A stretch of 64,000 nucleotides of DNA, taken from Ascidiella aspersa (taxonomy: Eukaryota). The notes beneath the pieces were generated by a model. That model saw only the letters and a program-made list of their open reading frames with translations. It did not search any database and was not told where the DNA came from. Positions 11,601 to 25,000 of this stretch are shown piece by piece (position 1 is the first letter of the stretch; each line of letters starts with the position of its first letter). The stretch covers positions 16,616,001 to 16,680,000 of the forward strand of contig OZ004608.1 in NCBI GenBank assembly GCA_963924565.1, given 5' to 3'. A program made the translations under genes and the position numbers.

Positions 11601-14600
11601 AATTAGAAAACCACAGAAAAACAAAGTTCGACTTGACTGCAATGTGTTTAACCAGGCCTGCATGTTTAATTCTGGTGACTCCGTATATTTTATATTGCTG
11701 TAATGAAGATATAATACAGTTATAATGTTTATGCATGCAATTTAAAATTAAACGAAAATTTGGAAAAGCGCATTACAAATTTTGGTAATTTTGTAAACAA
11801 TTTTTGTGCATTTTGTGAACAATATTAACATGAAATACTTCGGAACTGATTTTTGATTACCTTGAATATCATTAAAAAGAAAATATGACTAACTTTGCAT
11901 TAAAACTTTAGCTGGCTTCAATCAATTGATGTAAAGTTTAGAATTTTGTCACAATTTAGAAGTTTGGAATTGCATTCAGGAAATCTTCATCAAGGAAATT
12001 TGCCGTGGGCCAGTAGAATTGAGGGTGCGGGCCGGATATGGCATGCAGGCCATAGTTTAGTGATCCCTGAACTGAATAACTGTATTTCGTTCATGTTTTC
12101 GTTTGATTTAATTTATTTGCAAATTCCAGTGATGACTCTGCTCCTTCTGACAATGATGATGGGCCAAGGTATGGCAAGATTGAAATGCGCGCTTCTAAGT
12201 TTCATGATGAAGAGACAGTGACAAAGACTAGCACACAAACCAGCACAAAAACAGAAACCAGGAAAAAAAGCAAAAAGGTATTTGAACTTACAAATATTTG
12301 AGGATGCCTGGTAGTTTTATGTTATTATTTAGACTTTTGTCAAACTTTAAAATCCTATCCCATTTTTGTGATAAGTTGTGTAGGTAGTTAAGTTTAGCTC
12401 AATAATATGTTGTACTTAAACATGCAAGATGCAACCACTAGTTTTAGTACTGGTATTTGCCTAATACCATAACATCGTAAAACAATCCTTATAAATCAAT
12501 TGGATGCTTTTTTGAGGTTGATCTTGGTGCAGCTGCCAACTATAAAGGTGACAGCCCAAACACTGAAGTACCCACTCTTAGATCTCCAACTGCAGCTCCA
12601 ACTAAGGTGACTTTTTTAAACTACTTAAGAATATACTTTGTATTACAAAACGTTTTTATGTTTTACCGGAGAGTTAATTTTTTTCAGAATACCAATGCAG
12701 CATCTGGATCTGCTGACCTTTTAAATGATCTTTTCGACCCTACTCCTGCTCAAGCAACAAATGTTGATTTGATTTTTGGTAAATTTTAATTGATTTTCAT
12801 TATTTTTGACTGATATATTTTTTTTATTCTTTCTACGTTACAAAGACTTCAGTCAATGTTGCATGGTTTCTTCTTTACTATTGAAATAGTCATATTTTCT
12901 CTGTAAAATATGCCATTGAAAATGTGGTTGCACACTAATTGTCATTATTGTTATACTTTCATTTGGTGTGCAATTTTCAATATGAGTTTTGGTGATTTTT
13001 GTTTCATTTTTCAACCATCGATCGTTATCACTTCAGGCGGCGGTAATGAACCTGTACAAAACGCCGTACCAGCCCCTCAATCACCCGGCGGTTTTGCTGA
13101 TTTTACTGCCTTCTCACAAGCACCCGTGGCAGCAAATCAATTTAATCAGCCCTCTTGTAAGTTTACCTACTACACAACATCGGCGAGAAGCGTTAATTTT
13201 AACACCATGAAAATTAGGAGCCATGTTGTTTAATTTATTTGAAAATATGAGGAGTGTGTAAACTATTTTTTTTGCATGAAAAGTGACTCTTATTTTTGTT
13301 TTGTTGCCTAAGTTTGAAGGAACTTGCAACGTGTATTGGTTTAAAACAGTTTGCTATTTTCTGATAATTTATACGTAGCTTGAAATTTATTTTAAATACC
13401 TGATTCTTCCTAATAGCAGGGAAAAGTAATGTTTAGAATACTGTAAATCTTGTAAATTAGTTTCTTCTTTCCTCCAGCGACGCCAACGCAAGATGACTTT
13501 GCAGCTTTCCAATCGATCCCTGCTCCATTAGAACCTTCCTCCTCATCAAATGATAACTTTGATCCCTTTTCATCACTCTCGACCTCTTCTTCTGCACCTC
13601 AGCTGCAGCATCAAGCTCCTCCTAGCAATAACTCTATGCCCCCCTCAACAAACCTCATGTCACCCATGGCCGGGGCTTCCGCTGTGTATGGGGCACCCAT
13701 GATGCAGGCCTCGTCGGTTGCAGCGCAGGGATACGGATCTTCAATGTCGCAAATGAACAATATGCAAGGTTTCGGCATGACCGCTTCCACAGGGGCTTCC
13801 CCCATGGCAACACCGAGCATGGGCCAAAATCAAGCGTCTCTCTTCAACGGAGCTGGTAAGTTACGCTGAAAACCGTGTGCCAGTAAAGTTTCCACATGAA
13901 GCATTTGCGCACTTTGGCAAAATTCAAGATGTCTGGAACCCACATTTCATTCTTTTATTGAAAACTTGTAATGATTAAACCATAGCAGGTAGATAGTTGG
14001 TTTTAATTTTAACACCATATAGACGTCTATATTATAGACGAAACCATAAATGATAATAAGGTGTAACTTTGTAGTCACATGTTCCCTGTTACTAAGATTT
14101 AACTGCTTTAAGATGATAAACCAAAGCTTGCAATACAATGCGGATATTGCCATTCTAGCATTTCTCATTAGTTCTTTGTAAAGCTTGTAAATCATTTTTC
14201 ACCTGCTATAGGCTCTTTCAGTGTAGCAGGGTCAAGCTTACTAACATCTGCTCAGCTTGTAGTATTGTTGTGTGCAGCCTCGCAACAACAAAATCACCAT
14301 CAGCAGCAGCAGGCACTTGCTCCGGCCCCTAACGGGCTGTCAGCTTCTAACAAGAGCAATATGTGGTCCAACGTCAAGGGCGTCAACATCAGTCTCGACT
14401 CGCTAGGCAAACGCGACAACAGCAAGCAACAACAGATGTCCATGAAGCAGCTTCAAGGTCCTGTTCGTTCTCGACAATTAATATCCTGTACAATAAATTT
14501 AACCGATTGTTTCCACCATTATGGATCGCATTTCAATACAAATTATTAAAGGATATGTTTTTGGTAGCAAATTAAAATCAAAATGACCTTGGTAAACAAG

Positions 14601-15682
14601 GTCGTCGAATTTTTATTTAAGGCCATTTTTAACATTATAACATTCCAATATACCGCGTCTGTAAAAAATTAGCTTTTATCACACACATCCTGTTGTATAT
14701 ATCGCAAACACGAAAAAGCGTCCTGCGCTAGCGCATTAAGCGCCGCTGCTTCGTGTTAAACATTACTAATTTTTTGCTCTTATATGAATTGTGTTTTTGT
14801 TTGTCCTAAGTATTCCAAAAAGGCTAACCAATAACCATTGTCAGTAATGTGTTGGGACACTTGCACCTGCGCTAACTGCCGGCCCCTTATATACGACTCA
14901 TTGAGCTTTATGCGCTTGCTGCTTTCAGCTGTTTATTGTGGTGGTAGATATTTAGAAACACGCCCCATCCCACGGCCTACAGGAGGGGATTTATCGATTT
15001 TTGACCCTTTGTCTGTGAGACCTCTTGTGACCGTCTGTGTTGAGTCAATTGGTCACATATACAACATGTTGTTCTGTGTCACATATATGTCGTTTAAACT
15101 TTAACAATGAATACAGTGTACGTATGTTTGAAGACGCCTTATAAATATTCGATGTTATGCCCCAGCACTCATTTAATTGTAGTAAGTAAAGGTTACACAC
15201 CCGACAATAGGTAATTTACCTTTCTGTTCAAAAAAGCTGTTTTCAACGTAACTATTAACAATCATTTTAAACGTTTTAATATTATTTCCTCGGTTTTCAG
15301 CAGCGTTCATTGTTCATTGTTACAAGGAAGCGTGTAATTCAAGCCTAGTATGAGTCCAATATTATATAGAATAGACCCTGGTGCCTTTATTTTATTTTTA
15401 ATTGAAAAGGAAAATAGGTTAATAACTGGTAGAAGTTGCGCAATTCAATGACTCTATTAAAAGTGCATGTTTTACTGCAAGTCGTTTTTGTATTTTGTTA
15501 TGTAATGAAAGGTATTTTCTTTAAATTAACTTATTTTTATTTACAGCCCTTAATCAGCCACAGCAACAGAACCTTCCAAACCAAATGGCAGGGATGAATC
15601 TTAGTGGCGCTCAACCAAACAACATGATGACGTCACCCCAGCAACAAATGGTGACGTCGCCTCAGCAGCAAATGATGACGCC

Positions 15683-15718
<36 letters not shown>

Positions 15719-16949
15719 GCAACAAATGATGATGATGCAGCAACAGCAGAAAATGATGATGGCTGGTAAAAAAAGTTTTGAGTTGGTCGATGAAAAGTAA
15801 ACAACACACACTATTATCACATAAAATACATTTATGTGATAATAACTTTTTTTATTTATAAAAAAGTGAATTCAACACGTATTTTTTTAAGTTATGAAGG
15901 AACGTCCTGAGGATATATCTTTCGTTAAAAAAAGGCTATTGGAATATCAAGTTTAATGTTGTACCCTGAAATCTAGATTTGTCACTCAAAAAACAACTAC
16001 ACATATTGTAATGGAAAATATTTTTCCTCTCTCGCAGTTTGTATCATTCACAAGTTTGTTGTACTAAGCCGAACTAAAGTTTTAATGACCTGCCCTTTTT
16101 GTTCCAACGACATACAGGGCAGACTGCGCATCGCTATCCAGTATCTATTTATCTAACATACGGTATCAAATTCCCATTAACTTCCTAAAGGGATATGCTA
16201 TTCGCTTGTTAGCTTACAGTTTGCCTCGTCAAACTGCGTACTTCATCACGATAAACGCGGTTTAGTAACCAAACTGTGGAACAACGCTTAAAGAACTTAG
16301 TCCCTCAGAAATTGTTAGTTATCAAGTCATTATCAGTTCTTAGTTTAAGAACGTATGTCAACTTGGGTAATCGGCATAGAATTGCCTTATTGACACTTGT
16401 TAAAAAATTAAACGTACAGCTTACAACGTCTTTCAAGTTTGGTTTATCAAGCCAACAGACGCAAATGGGCACAACCTTTTGTACTGCCATAAAACGACAA
16501 CAAAGCCAGAAAGTTTGGCATATGAAGTGATAAAGAAGATCACACTGTGCAGTTAAACCTACCCCTGTTTGTTCCACAAACAGACTCCACGCTGCTGTGT
16601 TTTGAATAATGTTTGCTTTACTGGTTGTAGGTTGTTTGCAAATTGGAATTGATGTTTGATTCGCATGACTAAATTACAAAACAAATGTGTAAAAATGGTC
16701 TCCATTATTAAGTTCTGGCACAACTGTTTGTTTTTAAACACCGTTCCTTTCTTCGCAGGGATGGCCAATACCAATTTTGGTATGCAGATGGGCATGGGTG
16801 CGAGCCCAATGGGGGGTATGCAAAACCCCCAGATGGGCGGAAACATGGCCTACCCCATGAACGCTGGCATGGGTGGAATGCCAAGCGCTGGACAAATGAA
16901 CATGCCAAACATGCAACAACAGGGCTCCTATGGAAATTTTATGAAATAA
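5686..16949 (+). CDS. CLINT1: Clathrin interactor 1 (epsinR/enthoprotin), ENTH domain with Met/Gln-rich tail, ~691 aa
   Basis: Exons 5686-5735, 6697-6898, 8504-8612, 9126-9296, (10232-10279 cassette), 11191-11317, 12130-12277, 12517-12606, 12688-12778, 13037-13156, 13478-13855, 14278-14457, 15547-15765 and 16759-16949(TAA); phases are consistent. ENTH sequence: WKIREVADKVTNVVMNYS...VREATNDEAWGPSG...NWRRIYK...LIRNGSERVVTSAREHLYDL...DEHGKDQG...LREERKRAKKNRDKYVG. Also present are epsinR-type DLGAAA, FADF, DDFAAF, DPF and VNISLD motifs and a Met-rich tail. AATAAA at 17865 and 17883. Confidence 0.95.
6987..7774. mobile_element. Non-autonomous hAT element (Tip100-like ends), 788 bp, in CLINT1 intron 2
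   Basis: TIRs CAGTGGCGTATCCAG / CTGGATACGCCCCTG (14/15). Perfect 8-bp TSD GTTCACAT (6979-6986, 7775-7782). Subterminal poly-G/poly-C tracts; no long ORF. Confidence 0.9.
10232..10279 (+). CDS. CLINT1: Candidate 48-nt in-frame (phase 1/1) cassette exon of CLINT1 encoding (N)FSPPPSPKPVDRYGR(G)
   Basis: CTCAG acceptor and AG|GTAAGG donor. The exon is open and frame-preserving between exons 9126-9296 and 11191-11317. TGCATG lies 7 nt downstream. Confidence 0.7.
12003..12069. mobile_element. Truncated Charlie-type hAT end remnant
   Basis: GCGGGCCGGAT...GGCCATAGTTTAGTGATCCCTG resembles Charlie/MER-type termini; the partner end was not found. Confidence 0.4.
15624..15725 (+). repeat. Coding tandem repeat (MMTSPQQQ-like units) followed by a (CAA)11-containing polyQ14 in CLINT1
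   Basis: Two 24-nt units (ATGATGACGTCACCCCAGCAACAA, ATGGTGACGTCGCCTCAGCAGCAA) and a shortened third unit run into a CAA tract. Confidence 0.9.
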
Positions 16950-18519
16950 AGATGTTTTGTTTTTACACGCATTTTGGTCAGTAGCGGCGTCTAGAATCGC
17001 CCTTCGAGACCCAGTGGCGCCTGTCCTAATGTGGTTGTCGCACATCTCAAGAAAACAAGCTGTATTATTAACATTTTATTAGTGGTTGCCATTACATAAC
17101 TATAAGTTTAAGTGAAAATATTAACCTGTGCATAACTACTTGTTAATTTTAAATCGAATTATTTCTGTCTCGACATTTCCGTGTACCGCCAATGGACAGT
17201 TGCTAAGCAGAAAAACAAATGCTAGTTCACATAAAACGGTCGAACACCTGGTATTTAGTCTGCACCGTCCAGGCGCGCATACAGTTAAGGTTGTATGGTA
17301 ATTGTTTAGGGCTACACTTCTCATTGTGAGTTGAAACGATGGTTTGTTTATCGCTTTATGTTTTCAAATGGCAATGTGCTTAACATATACGCTTGTCAAT
17401 CTAATTTAATAGCAAGAGTGTGACACTTTCGTCTCGTTCGGCGGCTAAATCGGGAAACGTTTGTACTGTAATGGTTTTTATTGTTTTTCGGTTTCAATAG
17501 CTGTGTAAACTGTTAAATATTTTCAAATATCACAAACAGCCAATTTTGTGCTTGGTAGCAATGTTTTGTATCGTTTTTCGGTACACCCATTTTGCTGTGT
17601 CCTAACTGGAAAAGCGTAGCTAGGGGTTTTCGTTTTACTTTCCTTTCGGTCCGCCCGTGTTTGTTTGTGTAGTTGAAGTGCACTTTTATTGTAATCATAT
17701 CTCTATTTAGATTTGAATTTAGGTTTCCCTTTTCATTTTTTTGTAAATATAGTCCTTTTAGGCCGTGTAAAAACACCTCGTCGCAAATTGTCGCCGCATT
17801 CTTTGTTTAGTTTAATATTAGTAACACAAAAAAGTGTTCGTAGTTCGTGTAATTATTTAACATGAATAAAGGAATTCTTTGGAATAAAAGTGATAAAAAC
17901 AACCCCTGCAAGTTGTTTTTAACTCAATAAATGGCGTAAATATCGCAATTGATGGTAAGTGCTGGACAGCAGTGAACTGTTCGTTGCTAAAAAGTGTTTG
18001 TACGGCATCATGTATTTTCTCTGCTTCTACTGCTGCTATGGTGGCGAAAATAGCACTTTAGGCGTGGTGCACAAATCTAGCAATATGTGTCAAATTTGTC
18101 CTTGTAAAAACAGCTTCCGACCCTATGTGTAATTACCAATTCGCACAAACGCGTCACCGCAGCACTGATCAATAAAATCTGGTGTGGTACTTTATGCTTT
18201 GTTTTTCAGCGTCAATAACCAGTGTCAGGTTTAACAGGCATCGAGGCATTCTTGAACACTCAGGGGACAATTTTGAAGTGAGCTTGTGCTTTAATTGACA
18301 CTTGGATGACATCACACGCATTTTAATATAACATAGAAACATTGGTATACATAGGGATCTTTTGAGATAATAATAACGATAAACCTGCAAAATTCTAAAA
18401 CACGTCCGATATGGGCAATAGTTTAAGCAAAAAATTACAAAGAAAACCACATGTAGCAATCTAATCAGTTTACGTGCAAAATGTAAAACAATAGCCTAAT
18501 TTTATAACAAAATGTAATT

Positions 18520-18629
18520 TGACTCAATAACTTGAGTCCAGGTCAAGTCATTTGTCTAAGTTCTGAAATACATAATTCAAGTCATTTTACCAAAACGACT
18601 TTAGTCAAGTCTTTTGAATAACAACACTG
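18520..18629. mobile_element. Degenerate partial copy of the CAAGT-repeat hAT family
   Basis: TCAAGTC repeats ending ...ACAACACTG, similar to the right end of 58674-59209. Confidence 0.55.
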
Positions 18630-19011
18630 CCAAAATGTGAACATCTGTATGCGCGTACCATTCCCTTATTATCACAATGCTCAATTTTTATAGATGTACA
18701 TTTTTGGCTCACGTTTTGCGATAAAGGTCGCTTTTTCTTCACAACGCAAACTATTGATTAATAGTCTTAGATAAAACTTTTTAAATTAGAAATCTATCCC
18801 TAATTGTCGTCGACCTTTTTGCTTAGAAATGCACTAATTTCTAACGGACCGGATGGTAAAATAATGTTTATAAAAGAACATACACGTGCGACGTAAGTAC
18901 GTCCGGCGAGATTGTTTTGTATATGATTTCTATGACATTTGTTTACATGTTGTTGGCTGTTCGTAGCCTACAAGCGCGACTCTCTACAATTTTCAAATTG
19001 TCAAGTACAAA

Positions 19012-22000
19012 ATGAATTGTGAGGAAATAAAAGCGTCGGAAGAACAGGTATAATATTGCCAATAAACCATACTGTAGGCGCTGGTCTAGAGTCCTACCAC
19101 ATCTTTACTTTAGGCCTGTCTGCATTTCATGGCACTTTACGCCAGGTCTTGGAGGGGCAGAACCAAATTTTGAGGTGTGCTGGTGTTCAATTATGCTTTT
19201 TGCACACTTTAGTTTGATAGTCCACCACAATATAGCAATTTAGGTGTGCATGCACATTTCTTTACAAAAACATTGGGTGTACACCTGCCTGCCACAGAAT
19301 GTAGACTGGCATTTAGGTAACCCCTAGACTTACATAAAATAGTCGCCCTGTGAACATGGAATGTTAACTTCACACATTTATAGGTCAAAAATTCCAAGCT
19401 TGAAAAACAAATATAGTAATAATACTTGAACTACCTAAACCCAAAATCTAAACCACACCCAATGTTATGCCGCACAGTGACATATTAGGAACCAGTACAT
19501 CCAATTATTAAACCAACACACACTTTTTTGGGCTAGTTTTCGGGTCAAGGTTGGTCAAGTATTAGAAGGTTAAAATCAATTACTGAGTTTTGAATTTTTT
19601 TCATAATTTATTCTCCTATGAAAAAATTTATGCGAAAAATGTAAAACTCGGAATATTAAATTTAATAATGTTAAGCATAACACCGTCAAACTTCTGCCGA
19701 TAGACTACAACTTATCTGAACTAACACAATATTTGTGTAAATTTACAGAAATCCTTAAATACTATGTGAAAACCATTAGATCAGTGTGAATGCATTTGCC
19801 TTAAGGTATTTTTACCCAGCTACCAAACTTCGAAATTCGCACAACTGTCTACGGATCGACAAATTTGCAGTACGATTTATTGCTAAAGCTGTGGACAGTA
19901 CTTAAAAACTGAAGTTCGGTCCACAGATATTTGGATATCCAACTTATGAAAGACTGTCCACAGTTTTAGCAATAAATCATATAATAAATTACTAATTTAC
20001 TGGTTTTATCCCAAAGTTTTTATGAACTTTTTTAAATACAGCACAAGCACAATTTTTTTATTTGCATGCAAGTTAGTTGCACCTCATTGGTAGACATTTG
20101 AGTTTGGATGGTATCAATCTAAATATTTACTAAATTTCAGTTTTGCATGTTTTTCACAATTTCAATCCCCTGTTCCAAGTACATCGATGTGTGACAAGAC
20201 AGTGCTATGAAACCTGGCCAAAAAAACATTTATGCCCAACAGGGTTTAAGCTTTTTTCCCAGTGTTTAAAACTTCAATTGATTGAAATCATTGCACAATA
20301 GTTTGTATGGGTGCGGGTTAGCATTTGGGTTTTTATGTGGATTAACTATTAATAAATTTGTTCTAAAAACTATAGTGTTTTAACTCTTATACCAAATCTT
20401 ATTTGATACCGTATTGCTTGGCAAATATACTCTTTTTTAATTTTTTAGGAATAACACCCAACACACTTAACTTACATTTAGTAAGGTTTGTGCAGCTTAA
20501 TGAAATTATCACCAAATTTTGCAACAAATACAATTCAATTGTTTCATGCACATGTTTTTAACGTAGGAGAGTACATACTTATCCAAGGGAGGAGAAACCT
20601 TCTATAGCTACAACCTTATCGACTAATCTTAAGTTTACCCTAAAGTAATGTCTTTATAGTTACAAGAGAGGTCAAAAGAAGTCATAAAATATATTACAAA
20701 GAAAGATGATTGTTAATTTTTATGTGCTAAATAGGATTTTGAAATGTTATAAAAAACAAATATATATATATTTTTTAAATAACATATGGGATCTAACTAA
20801 TTACTTTAATTTATTGTTTCTTATTGCTATAGTAAACTAAAGTAAACATTATAAGAAAACATAAAATGGAATTTAGCTTCTTTACTTTGATCTGTGTTGG
20901 TCTGTTGCTTGTTTTACATATAATCGTGTTTTTGTTGGCAGGTAAATGGTATATGTGAAGTTTTTAAAGAATATGTTAAACAATCAGATAAAGCTTTAAG
21001 TTGCCAGGCTGATAGCCTAATTGACAATATACGTCTGTTGAGAAATTTTTGTGTAAACCATTCAAATCAAGATTTGTTTATGTATGTATTTAGTTTCTAT
21101 TTACAATGCTAAAAAAATAGTTCGTATCTAGAAATATAGTATTTTTATTTTTCATATTTAAAGACCAGTGAATTTACCATGACCTTCAAAATCTGTGGTC
21201 AATATATATTTTTGGGGACATTTTATTAAAAAACTTACGTGATTCAATACATTTAAAAAAATCTACTGTTTAACCCCATGTTTGTACAAATATATAATTC
21301 AATATAAGCAGCCACTTCTATATTTGTTTCAAGTAACTTACTTACTGGTTTTACACAGTTTGGTGTATTAAATTTTCTTTTCCAACATATTTCAGTGAGA
21401 AAAATATACCATGCAATGTGTCGCAGATACTTTCAGATCTTTTGAGAAACTGGAAACCTCACAGAAAGAGTAAGAAGCTAACATGGCATTTTTGTTATTT
21501 GAAATAATTGTTATTGTATTTTTTTTTCCTTTTTCAGCTATAGTTTGTGCATGTCAATTCATGGGGAATTTAGTTGCTGGCAATACACAAGCACAAACTT
21601 ATCTGTGGAATATTGTATATCCAGAACAAATAAGGTGTAGATTTGTGTTTTTGTGATAGGAAAATTTAGTGTTCCATGTCAAGTCATTTATAAAATAACT
21701 AAAGTCCAAGTTAAGTGTTTCAAAAAAAGACAAGTCCAGTCTTAGCCAAGTCACTATTAGAGCCGATTAAATCTTGGATAACTGTTTTACATTAAAAAAT
21801 AGAAAAAAAATAACCCAATTCTATAAAAAAATGTTTAAAACTCTCTTAATTTAAAAAGTTTAAGTCAAGGTATTGTCCAAGAGACTTGAATCAAGTCGAA
21901 TCATTTTACCGAAACATAATAAGTCAAGTCATTTAAAAACAAAACAGTGACTTGAGTTAAGTCATTACAAAACTGGTTAATGGTGTTTCAACACTTTTTT

Positions 22001-25000
22001 GTATGTAAAATCTTTTGTTATAAATAAAAACAAAATAATTATTTTGAAACTATACAACAATTTAAAAATTGTACCATCATATATAATTTTTTTTATAAAT
22101 ATTTTAACAATATTGAATTTTCTAATTTTACTCTTATTTTAAGAGACCTTTTGCAGCTTGATGATCCACAAATTGCTGCAATTATTTCAATGATAATTTA
22201 TAATTGCCTGAAGTCTTCTGAAGTCAAAATTGAGGATCTATTTTGCAATCAAATATCAAAGAGCATTGTAATAAAAATTTGTGAAAGCCTAACTGTTGTA
22301 AATGACCAGGACTGGGTGTAAGTCTTTCTGTTAAATTTATAATGAAAATATATGTTTTGGAAGGTAGGTATGTAGGTTTTCTTGTGTCTGTAAAACATTA
22401 TTTGAATGCCTGTTATAAGTAATTTTTTGAACATGCAAAACTTTGTTTCTATAAATTAAATAACTACCTTCTAATCCCCAAAACTAAGGTTAATGAGGTT
22501 GGTATAGAAATAAAATCAATCAGCCGCAAGGACAAAAGACACTGCCAAAAATGTTGGCATGCTGTATGCCAATCTCTGTCATTGCAAATTGTTTTTTACT
22601 TTTAATAAAATCTCCTGCAACTAGAGTCATGTGCAAGCGTTAATAGTGAACAGCTTATGCAATAATTAATATAAACACATTTTTGGTAACAAACTTCTTC
22701 AATCAAACTTCTATTTTTTGAGCAGAATTTTGTGCATCGTTGAACACTTTATGCAGAGTAAACTGTTTTTACCCCTGATCTTCTCACAAGGGTCAAGTGA
22801 CTGTAGGTAACTAGTGAAACTTTTATTAACTAGTGAGTTCAGTCTATTCTAAAAGATTGCATTTTAAGGTGCACAGTGCTTGATGTTATTTTGTGTTCTG
22901 CTGGCGATGTATTTGTGTGGTCAGACATGCCAGACCATTTCTTGCAATTTCTTGCACAACAATTTGCTAAAGATTGTGGCACTATAGATAATCTTTCTAC
23001 ATCAAGGGATGATACATCTTCAAGTAATTTAGTGAGTGGCTTTACTATTGTTTGTTGCTTTGGTTTTAATTTTTTTTTTCTTTTTATTACATGTTTTGAA
23101 AATTCTTCACTTTTAAAGTAAAATTTTGTTTCCTAACCAATTTTCAGTTGTATTTAAATCAAATTATGTCAGGATGTAGTGGGAACAGTAAAGTTGTTGG
23201 AAGTTCTTTGTCTGGTCACCAGTGATTACAATAAAGGCAGAGACATGTTAATGGAGGGAGAATTAATTGATATTGCAGTAGGTAAGTTTAGGTCATAGAA
23301 CAACAGACACTGTAAGTTTTTTTTGAAGTATGTTTTAACTTTTAGATTTAGACTATCAATAAAAACATTTTACGAAAAAAAAAATTGTATGAAATATATT
23401 TATTAACCACCAAAGCAATTGCAATATCTTTGTCAGGTAATCTTTGTGATTTAAAAAAACAATGCTAAATCCAACAACATAAAATGAAAAAATCGAATTT
23501 GTCTAGCACAACTAAAGAATACAATTTTCATACAACACCGTAATAAAAAATGACGTAATAAACATTTATGTGAACTTGTGAAGTAAAATCACTGTGTTCG
23601 GTTTTGTTGCTGTATTTAACAAAAATATGTTGCAAAATAATAAATCTACCGTGAGCCACATTTTTTCGGTTTGAGGACCACAATGTGGACGCAAGTTGCT
23701 CACCCCTGAACTACGGATTAACATCAAACTGTTGCAGATATCTTGGGACGAATCCATCGTGCTGGAAAGGCAAACAGTTCAGGCGTGTTTGGTTTATCGC
23801 AAGTTAGATTGCCGGCAGTTGGCGCCAAAGAGCACAATCCTGTGACGGGTTTCAAGAGCAATCTGGTGCGCGTCATCGGAAACTTATGTCACAGGAACAG
23901 GACAAACCAAAACAAAGTAAGTGTTTTGTTCCACTCGACTTTTTCTATTCAGATTCGTGTGTAAACAATTTTAATAAATTGATTATCCTTGTAAGTACGT
24001 GTGGTAGTTGCACGTAAGAGATGGTTGGAAACTGTTGAATTGAGTCAGCTGTACCGATACATTCGGAAAAACAGCAAAGTTTTGCTTCTTGATAAGTCGC
24101 GTTTCATGTAATAAACCGTCGGTCAAATTCTCAGTTTCAGTGAAATGCCGTTGGTGTTTCTCTAGCATTTGTTCTGTGTATTTTCCTGTTTGTGCAGTTG
24201 AAATTAAAAAATGCCCTAAAGATTTTTTTGTAGTTAACTGAAAGGATCTTCGTATATAATTGGACAAGATTAGCGTCCTACATTTATTTTTGATACGTTA
24301 CTGTTTTTAAAAAAAAAGAAAAAAAAAAGTTAGTTGTGAGTTATGACGCGCCCAGAGTTCAATTTGGTTGTCTCTGAGGCAAATCTTTAAAAAACATTTA
24401 GCTAGTGTTGATCGCGGTTTTAAACGATGGATATTCTGCAAAAAGGGCGTGAACACAGGGGCTTTAACACCTTAAATTCATCGTCTTAGATTTGATCTTA
24501 AGTCCGGCTTCTAAAAAACTTATTTTTACTTATAGATGCTACGTTACTTCTGGAATTCAATTGTAGCCATACAGACTATTATTTTTTATTTTTTATTTTA
24601 AATCTGATTTTAATGAGTTTACTGGAATAATTAAATGTCAATTAACCCCAGGCCCGGTCCTTATGGGAACTTGTTCCCGTTAAAAACCCAACAGGGGCGA
24701 GAGTGCTAACAGATCACTGTGCTACAGATAACGGCCAACACAGTTTAATCAAACATAACTCAGCTACCTAGAAATGTGTGTGTGTTTCACCTAAATTATG
24801 CCAATTAAATAATTTTTTTTTGTATTTTGATAAACGGTAGTAATCTTTCGTCCTTAATTGGTGTGATCTTTAAAGACATAAAAAACTGAACAAACCGGTT
24901 TTTGCTTTAATTTTGATATCAATAAGTTATTAGGGAGTGTGTTTGAGTTATTTCTCTTTAACGAAAAATCTGTACGATTACATTTTGCATGTCAGTCGCA

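Noticed and set aside
3817-19012. CDC23-CLINT1-ATXN10 as a trans-spliced operon
   Set aside because: The genes are co-directional, but each poly(A) signal is followed by more than 1 kb that includes CpG-containing promoter-like DNA; SL reads would be needed to support an operon.
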